This document shows, piece by piece, positions 22,098 through 30,694 of a DNA stretch of 64,000 bases. Each line of letters starts with the position of its first letter. The stretch's first letter is position 1. Made by a program: the position numbers and the translations under genes. The notes below the pieces were generated by a model, which was given only the letters and a program-made list of their open reading frames with translations, did no database searches and was not told the origin of the DNA. The stretch comes from a virus (lineage: Duplodnaviria; Heunggongvirae; Uroviricota; Caudoviricetes): IMG/VR virus record IMGVR_UViG_2851938318_000001; one strand, 5' to 3'.

Positions 22098-22199
22098 GAA
22101 ACTTATTCCATAATCAATTTTTGGTGGAATGTACGGTTAGTCTGTCTACGCATCATAGAGATGTATATAATGACCAAAAAAGACTTAAAAAGGTAGACT

Positions 22200-22721
22200 A
22201 TGGTTAAAGACATCACCTACGGCATACCGGCTGAAGTCTGGCCGCGAGACTACGAACATGCTGAAAACATACTTATGTTCTGGCGGAAGAACAACATTCC
22301 TGTAAGAGTCACGCTTGAAGACGGTCAGGTGTTTTGCATGTACGTTCAGGGGACAATGCCTTCCCGCAATAAGCTAGATTTATGCCCGCTTCCATATGAT
22401 AAAGAAAATCGTATAAGACTCCCACTTGAGCGCATTAGCACAATTGAATCAGGTGTAATCGATGGCATTGCTCGCGAGTTCAAAGGTAGGCTAACAATAC
22501 ATCCAGACTATGTTGACAATCAGCCATCACGCCGTGACTTTTTTGCGATATGTCGCAAGGCTTATCAAAACGACCAATCTATAAGGGTCTACATGGCAGA
22601 CGGTCGTGAAATAGAAGGGGTGTCAAGAGGCGTTGATGCTTGCCAGGTCACTCTTAAGTTAGAAGACGGCAGAAAAATACTTGTTTTCTTCGATTGGGTT
22701 GAACGAATCCTTCCTTTTTAA
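22200..22721 (+). CDS. hypothetical protein
   Basis: 173 aa ORF followed by hairpin terminator at 22725-22760. Confidence 0.45.
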   Translation: MVKDITYGIPAEVWPRDYEHAENILMFWRKNNIPVRVTLEDGQVFCMYVQGTMPSRNKLDLCPLPYDKENRIRLPLERISTIESGVIDGIAREFKGRLTIHPDYVDNQPSRRDFFAICRKAYQNDQSIRVYMADGREIEGVSRGVDACQVTLKLEDGRKILVFFDWVERILPF

Positions 22722-22913
22722 ATCTATAAGGGTAATAACCGGCTAAGTCCGGTTATTATTTTACATGCCATTCATTTAAAACTCTTTCAATGCTACGCTG
22801 TATAAATATATAAGGTTAAAAGCCTGAATTGATTATTTATTTAGGGAACACCTTCGACGATCTCGCTTTTATTTCTAGGACTTTCATCCCTGCAAAAAAT
22901 TTAAAAAAAACAC

Positions 22914-22941
22914 TTGCAATCTTTTTTCACGTATCGATAAT
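22914..22941 (+). promoter_or_regulatory. sigma70-like promoter (TTGCAA-16-GATAAT)
   Basis: -35/-10 hexamers about 70 bp upstream of 23008 ORF, within AT-rich intergenic region. Confidence 0.4.
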
Positions 22942-23007
22942 TGAACTCGTCGAAAGCGAGCTAGCTAACGACAGTAAAAAATAAATTCATTTTAATTTTT
23001 CGTAAGG

Positions 23008-23667
23008 ATGTCCATCATGGCTAACATTATCATTTCTAAAAAATCCATCATTGAAGCTGCTTCCATTGTATCCGATGAACTGCGCGAAAAAGCAGATCTG
23101 GCAACTCAAACATATAACGAACATTATAAAAATGGTACGCACACTAAAGCAGACAAAGCAAATATGCAAGCTGCGACCACTAAACTTGCTTACTTCATCA
23201 ACAACGTTGTAAACGCTGTTGAAGACGAAAAATTATGCTCTGTTTTCTACTATGCAATTAAAGCAAGCAAACAAGCGCCAGAAGTATTTTTCCGTGATGC
23301 AATGACTAATAGTTATTCACTGGAAAAACTGGTTTATCTGGTTAAATCCATTAAAGCTGGTAAATGTGTTTATTCCGTCGCTGATATGTCAGGATCTCGT
23401 GTATTCGCTTTAATCGATATGATTAACGACGAGATCGACACGTTCACCAATGGCGCTGTTTTCGATTTAATGAATGAAGCTAAAAAAGCGTGTGAAATTA
23501 AATTGGACGCTGGATATACTCAAGCCAACCAGTTGATCAATCTTTGCGAACGTCTCGGACTTGTTGAAAAAGTCAAAGGAGCTGGGAGCGCCAAAGCTGG
23601 TACGCAGCAATATCGCTTCATTAAAAATGATTTCTACAATTATTTAGCTGATGCTTTCAAAGCGTAA
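23008..23667 (+). CDS. hypothetical protein
   Basis: 219 aa AT-rich ORF with RBS taaggatg; terminator hairpin 23678-23700. Confidence 0.45.
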   Translation: MSIMANIIISKKSIIEAASIVSDELREKADLATQTYNEHYKNGTHTKADKANMQAATTKLAYFINNVVNAVEDEKLCSVFYYAIKASKQAPEVFFRDAMTNSYSLEKLVYLVKSIKAGKCVYSVADMSGSRVFALIDMINDEIDTFTNGAVFDLMNEAKKACEIKLDAGYTQANQLINLCERLGLVEKVKGAGSAKAGTQQYRFIKNDFYNYLADAFKA

Positions 23668-23677
23668 TTAATGGAAT

Positions 23678-23700
23678 CAAGCGCCCACTTTGGGCGCTTT
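23678..23700 (+). terminator. rho-independent terminator
   Basis: gcgcccactttgggcgc followed by ttt. Confidence 0.55.
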
Positions 23701-23920
23701 AAAGGAGCTTTCAAAAATGGTCAGCTATGACAAGATCCGCGCGGAATATCGCGCAAAGTATCGCGCTTATAAACTGGAATTAATCGATGATTTGATCGCG
23801 CAACGCGACCAATTAAATTTTACGTTTTCTGATTTGCTTAACAGTAAACGAGATTGTAAGCGTAAACGTGAATATTTACGTTTAAGCGCATTAATCGGAA
23901 AACTGCAAAATTCTATTTAA
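23690..23920 (+). CDS. hypothetical small protein (likely start 23707)
   Basis: RBS aaaggag precedes ATG at 23707 (MVSYDKIRAEYRAKY...). Confidence 0.4.
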   Translation: MGALKELSKMVSYDKIRAEYRAKYRAYKLELIDDLIAQRDQLNFTFSDLLNSKRDCKRKREYLRLSALIGKLQNSI

Positions 23921-23940
23921 TTTTTTTAAGGAGCTTAATC

Positions 23941-24168
23941 ATGGTTATTTTCATCTCTGGCGTAAATATCAATAATCATACTCTTGTTTATGATATTGCT
24001 GGTTTAGCTGGATATGCTCTAAGTTCTGAAGTGGTTGATGAAACAACGTTTAAAATAAACATCAATGACGTAGAACATAGAGCGCGCGTAGGAATCAATG
24101 AAGCTGATGTTACTTTAATGCTTCAAGAATTTTTAAACGCTGGCTTTAATATTCACTTAGAAAAATAA
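23941..24168 (+). CDS. hypothetical small protein
   Basis: 75 aa ORF with RBS aaggag; followed by two hairpin terminators. Confidence 0.4.
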   Translation: MVIFISGVNINNHTLVYDIAGLAGYALSSEVVDETTFKININDVEHRARVGINEADVTLMLQEFLNAGFNIHLEK

Positions 24169-24176
24169 AAACAATA

Positions 24177-24201
24177 GCGCCCACTATGGGCGCTTTTTTT
24201 C
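24177..24201 (+). terminator. rho-independent terminator
   Basis: agcgcccactatgggcgct hairpin followed by T7 run. Confidence 0.7.
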
Positions 24202-24225
24202 GTTTCCAATACTCCCACCATAACG

Positions 24226-24250
24226 CGCCAATGATGGCGCGTTTTTTATT
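24226..24250 (+). terminator. rho-independent terminator
   Basis: cgcgccaatgatggcgcg hairpin followed by tttttt. Confidence 0.65.
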
Positions 24251-24619
24251 GTCTTTAACTCACTCCAACAACATAAAAATAAGCACCAAAATAACGCCAT
24301 AGACGCGCTTTTATATCCTTGCCAGTACATACCCATTACTTAACACATTAACGCGCTTAAAACGCGTTATAGCGCATAGTTAATCATTGGCTTTTAGTCT
24401 TGCTATGTAATCCGCGTTTAATTGTCGGCGCGGATCGGCATTTTGTGTTGTTCTGTATCCGCTCGCGTATTATGTGCGCGTGATTTTTCACATAATCACA
24501 CCACTTAATCACGTATGTGATTACGCTACGAAAGAAATCTGGATGTCTCAGGCGACGAAAGTCATCATAATTTTCCCCGCTCGCCTGTCCGACAACCGCT
24601 GGTTGGATTCCACCAGCTT

Positions 24620-24770
24620 CCCGATGTTTTTTCTACACAAAGGCGAATGCAGCCGTTTCCCGAAAAAATCCTGGCCGTTCCCCGTCGGCTCATGAATACG
24701 TTCCTCGCCGTTTCTGAAAATTTCCCTGCGGCAGCTGGTGGCTATAGAGAAAGGGCCGTTTCTGGCCCTC
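24620..24770. repeat. degenerate iteron-like array (CCGTTTCC / GCCGTTTCTG units)
   Basis: at least 4 units: cagccgtttcccgaaaa, ggccgttccccgtcgg, cgccgtttctgaaaa, ggccgtttctggcc. Confidence 0.55.
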
Positions 24771-24777
24771 TTCTCAG

Positions 24778-25260
24778 TTACACGCCATCAAGGATGTGGA
24801 TGCGGTTGCTTGCGTATACATTCAGCATAAAGTTAGCGCAAAACAGTTTCCATGTGTCAACGCCAGCGGTATACGTAATATTTTTGCATTTAATTGCATT
24901 GTTGGCGATCCGCATCCCCTGCGATACTGCTTCATCGTCGGAAAATTTGAACGACGATTGAGTTTTAATCCAGACAGAAATCTGCGTAGCGAACTCAATC
25001 AGCTTGGACTGGCAGAATCGCCCGGAGCGCACCGGAAAGACGAACGTTCCGAATCCAGAATTTACCACATACGCTTTCTCAAATACCCGCGAGTAACGAC
25101 GATTACCAATGATGTCACGTGCAATAATGCATTTTTCTTGTGCTGACAGTTCTACCGTCTCATTGTCGCGCCATGCACCAAGTACTCGTTTTTCAATGTC
25201 AGAGAACGTTACAGCGATATTGCCATGTGCGGGTGCGTTTACAGTAGCGATAAAATTCAT
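24778..25260 (-). CDS. hypothetical early protein
   Basis: 160 aa ORF preceded by conserved promoter/operator unit. Confidence 0.5.
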   Translation of the reverse strand: MNFIATVNAPAHGNIAVTFSDIEKRVLGAWRDNETVELSAQEKCIIARDIIGNRRYSRVFEKAYVVNSGFGTFVFPVRSGRFCQSKLIEFATQISVWIKTQSSFKFSDDEAVSQGMRIANNAIKCKNITYTAGVDTWKLFCANFMLNVYASNRIHILDGV

Positions 25261-25277
25261 GATTAATTCCTTATCGT

Positions 25278-25314
25278 AAATAACAAATTGTTTTCTTGTT
25301 GTTGTTAATTATCG
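25278..25314 (-). promoter_or_regulatory. conserved early promoter/operator unit
   Basis: plus-strand aaataacaaattgttttcttgttgttgttaattatcg (rc: CGATAAT...AAGAAAACAAtTTGTT). Confidence 0.55.
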
Positions 25315-25433
25315 CTGTACGAATAAGGCGTCAAAGTTGAAAACTACGGTAGCCGGACGGGAACAGGTGGGTTTGTCGGTTGCCTGGAGGTAAGAGGTTG
25401 GTGTTTTTAGCCTGCGGGAAACAAGATGGTCAT

Positions 25434-25460
25434 TTAAGGCCACCAGCATTGGTGGCCTTA
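25434..25460 (-). terminator. rho-independent terminator
   Basis: aaggccaccagcattggtggcctt. Confidence 0.55.
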
Positions 25461-25464
25461 TTCT

Positions 25465-25752
25465 TTAGTGGAGTAGAGCGATGTCGATGGTATCCCCTGA
25501 ATCATCCACACGGATCATCAGCATGGCGAAGGCGTTTAGTGGATAACTGGCGTGCCATTCAGGGAAGCGGTCATCTCGCATGAAGTCAGCAATGTCGTAA
25601 ACGCAGCCCTCAAAGTGGAAGAATCGCGTGCTTACCTGCTCGTCATAATCCACATGATCCATTTCTTGCTGTTCTGTTTCCGGCAAGTCCAGCCATGATT
25701 CGAGGAATACATTTTGTGCTTTGGTGGTAATGGTGAAATCAGTCATGAGCAT
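25465..25752 (-). CDS. hypothetical early protein
   Basis: 95 aa ORF with conserved promoter unit upstream and hairpin terminator downstream. Confidence 0.5.
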   Translation of the reverse strand: MLMTDFTITTKAQNVFLESWLDLPETEQQEMDHVDYDEQVSTRFFHFEGCVYDIADFMRDDRFPEWHASYPLNAFAMLMIRVDDSGDTIDIALLH

Positions 25753-25765
25753 ATCCTAACTGCGT

Positions 25766-25798
25766 AAACATGTTGTTTTCTTGTTGGTGTAATTATCG
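25766..25798 (-). promoter_or_regulatory. conserved early promoter/operator unit
   Basis: aaacatgttgttttcttgttggtgtaattatcg. Confidence 0.55.
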
Positions 25799-25905
25799 CA
25801 GTGTAGATAAGGCATAAAAGAAGTTAATACAGGCTGAATACGCAAGAAAGGTTCTGGAAGTTGATAGCTAGGTTTCAAACTAACCTTCGGTTATTAAAAG
25901 TCATT

Positions 25906-25935
25906 TAAGGCCACCAGCGTTAACTGGTGGCCTAT
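25906..25935 (-). terminator. rho-independent terminator
   Basis: aaggccaccagcgttaactggtggcct. Confidence 0.55.
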
Positions 25936-25938
25936 ATC

Positions 25939-26238
25939 TCATTGCTTTCGATGTGCTGCAACGAACTCTTTCAACGTTTCTAGCGCATGATAAAGACCGA
26001 CGATATTTGAGCCGTAGTCGATGCAAACAGGGGAAAGTGATGTCTTCCCGTCGTGCGATGAATATGCCGATGTGGTAGTTGCAGGGTAATCGTGGCGATA
26101 GCAAACCGCAGTTTTTGGGTGTCGCAGATACGCTATCCCTCTTTCAAGATCATAAATTGCGCGTCGCAGGTCATGCTCCTGCGCTCTGGTCAATTTTGCC
26201 ATCGTAATACTCTCACTTAATGCGGCAAAGCCAGCCAT
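25939..26238 (-). CDS. hypothetical early protein (true start probably near 26202)
   Basis: 99 aa ORF; its first codons lie inside a duplicated segment. Confidence 0.4.
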   Translation of the reverse strand: MAGFAALSESITMAKLTRAQEHDLRRAIYDLERGIAYLRHPKTAVCYRHDYPATTTSAYSSHDGKTSLSPVCIDYGSNIVGLYHALETLKEFVAAHRKQ

Positions 26239-26477
26239 GATTCGAGGAATACATTTTGTGCTTTTGGGGTAATGGTGAAATCAGTCATCGTGCCCCCCAT
26301 CTCCTGCAACTGTGCAACGGTGATATCTGGACACAGCCCGTCGATCCACACCCACACGTCAATGATGCTGTCACCGGCTTCAAAATGGTGAAATGCGCGC
26401 TCAAGCTGCTGATTGTTATCCACAGGCTCATTTGCTAGCTGCGCCCAGATTTGCTGGACTTGAGTAATAGTTTTCAT
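26217..26477 (-). CDS. hypothetical early protein with C-terminus derived from a duplicated segment
   Basis: C-terminal MTDFTITPKAQNVFLESWLALPH duplicates the N-terminus of the 25465..25752 product. Confidence 0.45.
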   Translation of the reverse strand: MKTITQVQQIWAQLANEPVDNNQQLERAFHHFEAGDSIIDVWVWIDGLCPDITVAQLQEMGGTMTDFTITPKAQNVFLESWLALPH

Positions 26478-26486
26478 CTGCTTTCC

Positions 26487-26513
26487 TCTTGTTTTCTTGT
26501 TGTTGTAATTATC
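26487..26513 (-). promoter_or_regulatory. conserved early promoter/operator unit (left palindrome arm degenerate)
   Basis: cttgttttcttgttgttgtaattatcg. Confidence 0.5.
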
Positions 26514-26556
26514 GAAGTTTAGATAAGGCAGAAAATAAATTGTTATCGGGCATAAG

Positions 26557-26583
26557 AAAATGGCGCGGTTTACGCGCCATTCA
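26557..26583 (-). terminator. rho-independent terminator
   Basis: aaaa-tggcgcggtttacgcgcca. Confidence 0.6.
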
Positions 26584-26590
26584 AAGAGGA

Positions 26591-26986
26591 TTAAGCGAAT
26601 ACGCTTTCAGGGATTAAGGTGTCGGCAGGAATGCCAGAGGTAATGCGCAGGCCGTACTGACCAATCCAGGTGGTGCTGGTGTTCAGGCTGGAGGTGAATA
26701 CGGAATTAACCATACTCATCATGGTTTCAAACACCTCTTCATCAACCTGGCGGAAGTAGTTCTCGATTTTCAGCAGCAGTGGGTCAGTTGCATCGAGAAT
26801 GGACTGGTATTGAGTCGCGTACTCGCCGCCGGAGGCATCACCTTTACGCACGATCGTACTGGCCTGGACTTCGGCACCAGTTTCGGTGTTGTACGTAACA
26901 ACGGTGATTTTTGCCACATTCTTACCTTCGGCAGTTTCAGAGGCATAGTAAACATCAACTGTCAGTTTTTCGCGTTTAACGGTCAT
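26591..26986 (-). CDS. hypothetical early protein
   Basis: 131 aa ORF; terminator hairpin 26557-26583 downstream. Confidence 0.5.
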   Translation of the reverse strand: MTVKREKLTVDVYYASETAEGKNVAKITVVTYNTETGAEVQASTIVRKGDASGGEYATQYQSILDATDPLLLKIENYFRQVDEEVFETMMSMVNSVFTSSLNTSTTWIGQYGLRITSGIPADTLIPESVFA

Positions 26987-27112
26987 TTCACTCTCCGTAG
27001 TGTATTGGTTATTTTTCTATTTTATAGTCGTAGGTATGTACTTACAATACAAAAAAGCCCCGTAAGGATGGCGGGGCTGTCGTACTGTCGACTAATTACC
27101 ACTTGCACATTA

Positions 27113-27454
27113 TCAGGCTATTGCCATCACTGATGCTCTCTGAATTTCTTGCTGGGCCACGCGGTTAACTTCCATCAAAGCCAGTTCGAGCTGATGTTCC
27201 GGCCACATTCTTTGAAATGCCACCCAGCCTTTTCCACGCTGGCGGCGAACATTCATTACATAACGAGTAAAGGTGTTTTTATCGAAAGACACCGCGGTTT
27301 CACGGAACAGACGAATAGAGGTTCCATTGGCAACGATGTCCAGCAAAGTTAATTGAGCAACCAGTGCAGGCTTCTCTTTTCTCTTCTGGTCTTTGTCCAG
27401 ACCAAGAACCAATGATTTTTTCATCACAACTCCGTAAACAACTTGTTTTCTCAA
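27113..27454 (-). CDS. hypothetical early protein (likely start 27424, MKKSLVLG...)
   Basis: ORF-track start lies inside the promoter unit; internal Met has RBS. Confidence 0.45.
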   Translation of the reverse strand: MRKQVVYGVVMKKSLVLGLDKDQKRKEKPALVAQLTLLDIVANGTSIRLFRETAVSFDKNTFTRYVMNVRRQRGKGWVAFQRMWPEHQLELALMEVNRVAQQEIQRASVMAIA

Positions 27455-27469
27455 TGGCGTAAATAATAC
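27435..27469 (-). promoter_or_regulatory. conserved early promoter/operator unit
   Basis: aaacaacttgttttctcaatggcgtaaataatacc. Confidence 0.5.
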
Positions 27470-27577
27470 CAGTAAGAAAACGGCTACAAAGCATATTGAT
27501 CAGGTGCATGAGCGATATGCAGGTTCTTCCCTGCGGCTACAGATTAAGTTAAGCCAGCAATGCTGGCTTAGATTGGT

Positions 27578-27928
27578 TTACGCGAATACCTCAAGAAACT
27601 CCTGAACGTCCCAATGCTGGACGAGGTGAAGATAGACCTTAGAAATCACGTCATTCTCGCTATCGCATGTGAAGTAGTACTTCTGGCTGCGGTTGTATGT
27701 GTCCACACAAAATTCGCTCATATCCATAAAGTCAGCATCTTCACCCAGGTCGCAAATCATCAAAGCAGGTGCGTCATCACGAGTCATCAGCTCAAGCACC
27801 CACCGCGAATTGATCAGAGTGGAAGACCAACCTTCTAACTCATAAAACTGATCAAACTCTTTTTGAGTTAATTTCTTGATTTGGTTGATGTCGATATGTG
27901 CAAACATAAAGCAATCCTTAAACAACAT
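27578..27928 (-). CDS. hypothetical early protein
   Basis: 116 aa acidic ORF directly downstream of promoter unit. Confidence 0.5.
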   Translation of the reverse strand: MLFKDCFMFAHIDINQIKKLTQKEFDQFYELEGWSSTLINSRWVLELMTRDDAPALMICDLGEDADFMDMSEFCVDTYNRSQKYYFTCDSENDVISKVYLHLVQHWDVQEFLEVFA

Positions 27929-27952
27929 GTTTTCTTGTTGGTGTTATTATCG
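27920..27952 (-). promoter_or_regulatory. conserved early promoter/operator unit
   Basis: aaacaacatgttttcttgttggtgttattatcg. Confidence 0.55.
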
Positions 27953-28279
27953 TAATAACGCACAGGCGAAAAAGGATTTTATTCCGGTGAATGTGGTTTT
28001 GGCAGTGAGTTTTCAGGTTCAGTACCGAGTACACTTTTTACATTATTCTGATTTAGTGGCCGAAGGTGGCTGGTGGACAGAATAATCCTCTCCCCGAAAA
28101 CCTACTGAAATCGATTGTGACCCGCTGACTGTCTGGCACAATTACGCTGTAGCTGGGCATTCAGAGGGAATCCAGCGGTAAGCAAGTCCGCCTGCACGTG
28201 AGCGCCTCTCTTCTTCCCGCACATTGCAGGTGGGTAGCCGCAACTCTCCCTCTCGCTATACCGGTACGCCGCCGTTCCT

Positions 28280-28410
28280 GAACCGGCATTGAGCCTTTTC
28301 CCGAAATCCACACAGGCAACTCGACCGTTTCCCTGAAAACCTCCAGCCGTTCCCAAAGGCAACCCAGCCGTTTCTGTAGCGGGATGCAGCCTTTCCCCTG
28401 TATGGACCGA
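28280..28410. repeat. degenerate iteron-like array (CCGTTTCC units), second copy
   Basis: about 6 units: cgccgttcctgaacc, agccttttcccgaaa, cgaccgtttccctgaaaa, cagccgttcccaaagg, cagccgtttctgtagc, cagcctttcccctgta. Confidence 0.55.
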
Positions 28411-28559
28411 AGGCTGACCGTAGGGGTGTTACGGGGGATAAAATCAGGAGTTGAATAAATACGAAAAAGGAGGCGACCCCCCTCCTTCCCTCCCCACTTA
28501 TACATACCTGGCTTCTTCGCTATACATGTTGTGTTTTCTTCGTGTTTTATCTGTCTCAA

Positions 28560-29280
28560 CCTCTCTATAGGCGTTAATGCTCACACCTTCCAGAACGTTC
28601 TATACGGCGACTAATTCTGTTGGTGAATTGGGTGTGTTGTTCTCTCTGTCGGTGTAAATGGTTTCGTTAGTTTTGCGGTGGTTCTTCTGTGGGATGTTCT
28701 CGTCGTTTTGGTGATTGTTCTTCTCCGTGTATGGAGTAAAGGCAGGTGGGCGATTCCTTTCGTTATTGTGTTTGAGTTGTTTGTCTGGAGTGTGTGAAGG
28801 GCTTTTGTAGTTATTCGTGTATTGGGTAATGGCGTTTCCCGTGATTGTTATGTTTCGTGTCTTTTGGGATTGAGAGAATCCTTGCGGTTACAGGCTTCGT
28901 TGGGGTTTCAGTGATTCTGGTGTTTCTTCGCTGTTTGGGTAATGGCGTGTCGTGGGTATCGCGCGTATGGAAGTTTCGAATTGCCTGTGAAAGTTAGGTT
29001 GGTTGTCCGGTAGCCTGCCATAAAGAGGTTGGTTGTTTTTGGAATGGCATATGTGTTATTTGGTTGTTTTGTTATACCTGAAAATAAGTTGTTTATATGG
29101 TTGTGTAACGCAACGGGAGCGATTTTGAGCGTGTGTTTTTGTTGGTAGTGTGTTTGGTCGTCTGTGGTGAAAATTGGACGCTGTGGCGCTGTCTGCTGCG
29201 TAGAATTACGGGTATAAGCAGTGATGTGTGAAAACGTCAATTTTTTAGACCAAATCGGGTGAAAGCGTTGATGTTTCGTT
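28560..29280. other. ORF-free region with extreme GT (plus) / CA (minus) strand skew
   Basis: about 0.7 kb almost devoid of C and A on the plus strand; only low-complexity ORFs; promoter unit at 29290-29326 points into it. Confidence 0.5.
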
Positions 29281-29289
29281 GATCTGTTA

Positions 29290-29326
29290 TTCAGTTGTTT
29301 TCTTATTGGTATAAACAACTATAACC
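29290..29326 (-). promoter_or_regulatory. conserved early promoter/operator unit (drives GT-skew region)
   Basis: ttcagttgttttcttattggtataaacaactataacc. Confidence 0.45.
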
Positions 29327-29437
29327 TATTGATATTTAAGGATGTGATTGCAGGTATAGAATGGGGGTAGTGGCGATCAACGGATTCTTATAGAAAAGAA
29401 TCAAATTGTGACCGCCATTATCAATGAGTTGCAACCG

Positions 29438-30007
29438 TTAGTTGTTCAGATAAACATTTGGAACACGGACGTAGAAGTTCCTGTCGCCGGTAAGTTCCAG
29501 AGTAATGTTAATGTCATTACCATTGTCTAGTGTAGCCGTTGCTCTATAGAACTTATCCGTCACCTTGTCCTCTATTGTCACCTTCATACATTTTGGTGCA
29601 GTCGAACCGTTATTCTCTTTCAGAATAGTTGTCACGAGAGGGCAGGCTGCTTCTTCAAGAGCAACCTCGTCCTTGTGTGGGATGCCGATGAAGATAACCC
29701 AAGCCAGCGACGCAACGATTATGATAAATGGCACTCTGCTGCCTTTTGTAATAGTCGCGCGCTTCCAGAGATAGACAGGCAGGAGGAATACCCCCCATAG
29801 AATTGAAGGTGGTTCACAGCCAGACTCCGATAGAGCCATTCTGTCAGCTACTAACAAACCGATGGTAGTTACACCCCCAATTATAATAGCGTAATTGGTA
29901 TACTCTTCCGGCGATACTCCAAAGAAGAAAGGCATGAACGCTAGAATCCACGCATAAATGTTATTCAGAGGTTTTGTTTGTTGGTTCTGGGTTTCCATCA
30001 CATCCAT
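29438..30007 (-). CDS. integral membrane protein
   Basis: 189 aa with about 4 hydrophobic helices (e.g. IYAWILAFMPFFFGV, IIIGGVTTIGLLVA). Confidence 0.5.
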   Translation of the reverse strand: MDVMETQNQQTKPLNNIYAWILAFMPFFFGVSPEEYTNYAIIIGGVTTIGLLVADRMALSESGCEPPSILWGVFLLPVYLWKRATITKGSRVPFIIIVASLAWVIFIGIPHKDEVALEEAACPLVTTILKENNGSTAPKCMKVTIEDKVTDKFYRATATLDNGNDINITLELTGDRNFYVRVPNVYLNN

Positions 30008-30160
30008 TCCATCACATAAAAATCGCGTTTATATATTATCAATTTTCTCACTTGTATAACCTAAATACGCATCCGTTTATCAATCCACCTTCCACAAACA
30101 TCAGCTTTAGCTATGAAAAATAACAATCTCAAAGTGAAAACCATTATCATAGGATAACGA

Positions 30161-30346
30161 TTAGATGAGATGGTCTAATTCATCATCTATCATTGCTTTA
30201 ACACTTGAGTCATTAACCCCGTATTGATTTATGAACCGTTTCAGCTCCGGTGAAAACTGAAGGTAGATATCGTGAGCGTTTTTCACTGTAGGTTCAACGC
30301 CACGCATTTCAAGCGCCTTTAGTAGATATGAGTCTTCTTTAAGCAT
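30161..30346 (-). CDS. hypothetical small protein
   Basis: 61 aa ORF co-directional with neighbours. Confidence 0.3.
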   Translation of the reverse strand: MLKEDSYLLKALEMRGVEPTVKNAHDIYLQFSPELKRFINQYGVNDSSVKAMIDDELDHLI

Positions 30347-30382
30347 AAATTCTCCGTTGTCTAGTATGAAGCGATTGCCGGA

Positions 30383-30691
30383 TTACCATTGCCAGCACTC
30401 TAGCCCTTCAACGACCGGTGCACCACAATCAAAATGTACAGAGTCAAAGCCTACATCAAGTACTTTCTGAATGTTCGCAATCGCGCCCTCGGATATACCA
30501 TATCGACGCAACTCATCTTTCCAGTCATCGTCCTGTAACCCAGCGTGGACAATGCAACCGTACTCAATTTGTGAAACCCAATCCAGCTCATTGCTTGCGA
30601 TCATGAATCGGCGAGCATCTTCCTCTGATGTATGAGATGAGCTGATCAATGCCACCTGGTAGGCTTGGGTAATGTTCAACATTTCAACCAC
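30383..30691 (-). CDS. hypothetical early protein
   Basis: 102 aa ORF directly downstream of promoter unit at 30695-30727. Confidence 0.45.
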   Translation of the reverse strand: MVEMLNITQAYQVALISSSHTSEEDARRFMIASNELDWVSQIEYGCIVHAGLQDDDWKDELRRYGISEGAIANIQKVLDVGFDSVHFDCGAPVVEGLECWQW

Positions 30692-30694
30692 TCC

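Noticed and set aside
28102-29318. ORFs 28102..28362, 28161..28559 and 28908..29318
   Set aside because: Low-complexity translations arising from the repeat array and the GT/CA-skewed region; some starts overlap the promoter unit; no credible coding signal.
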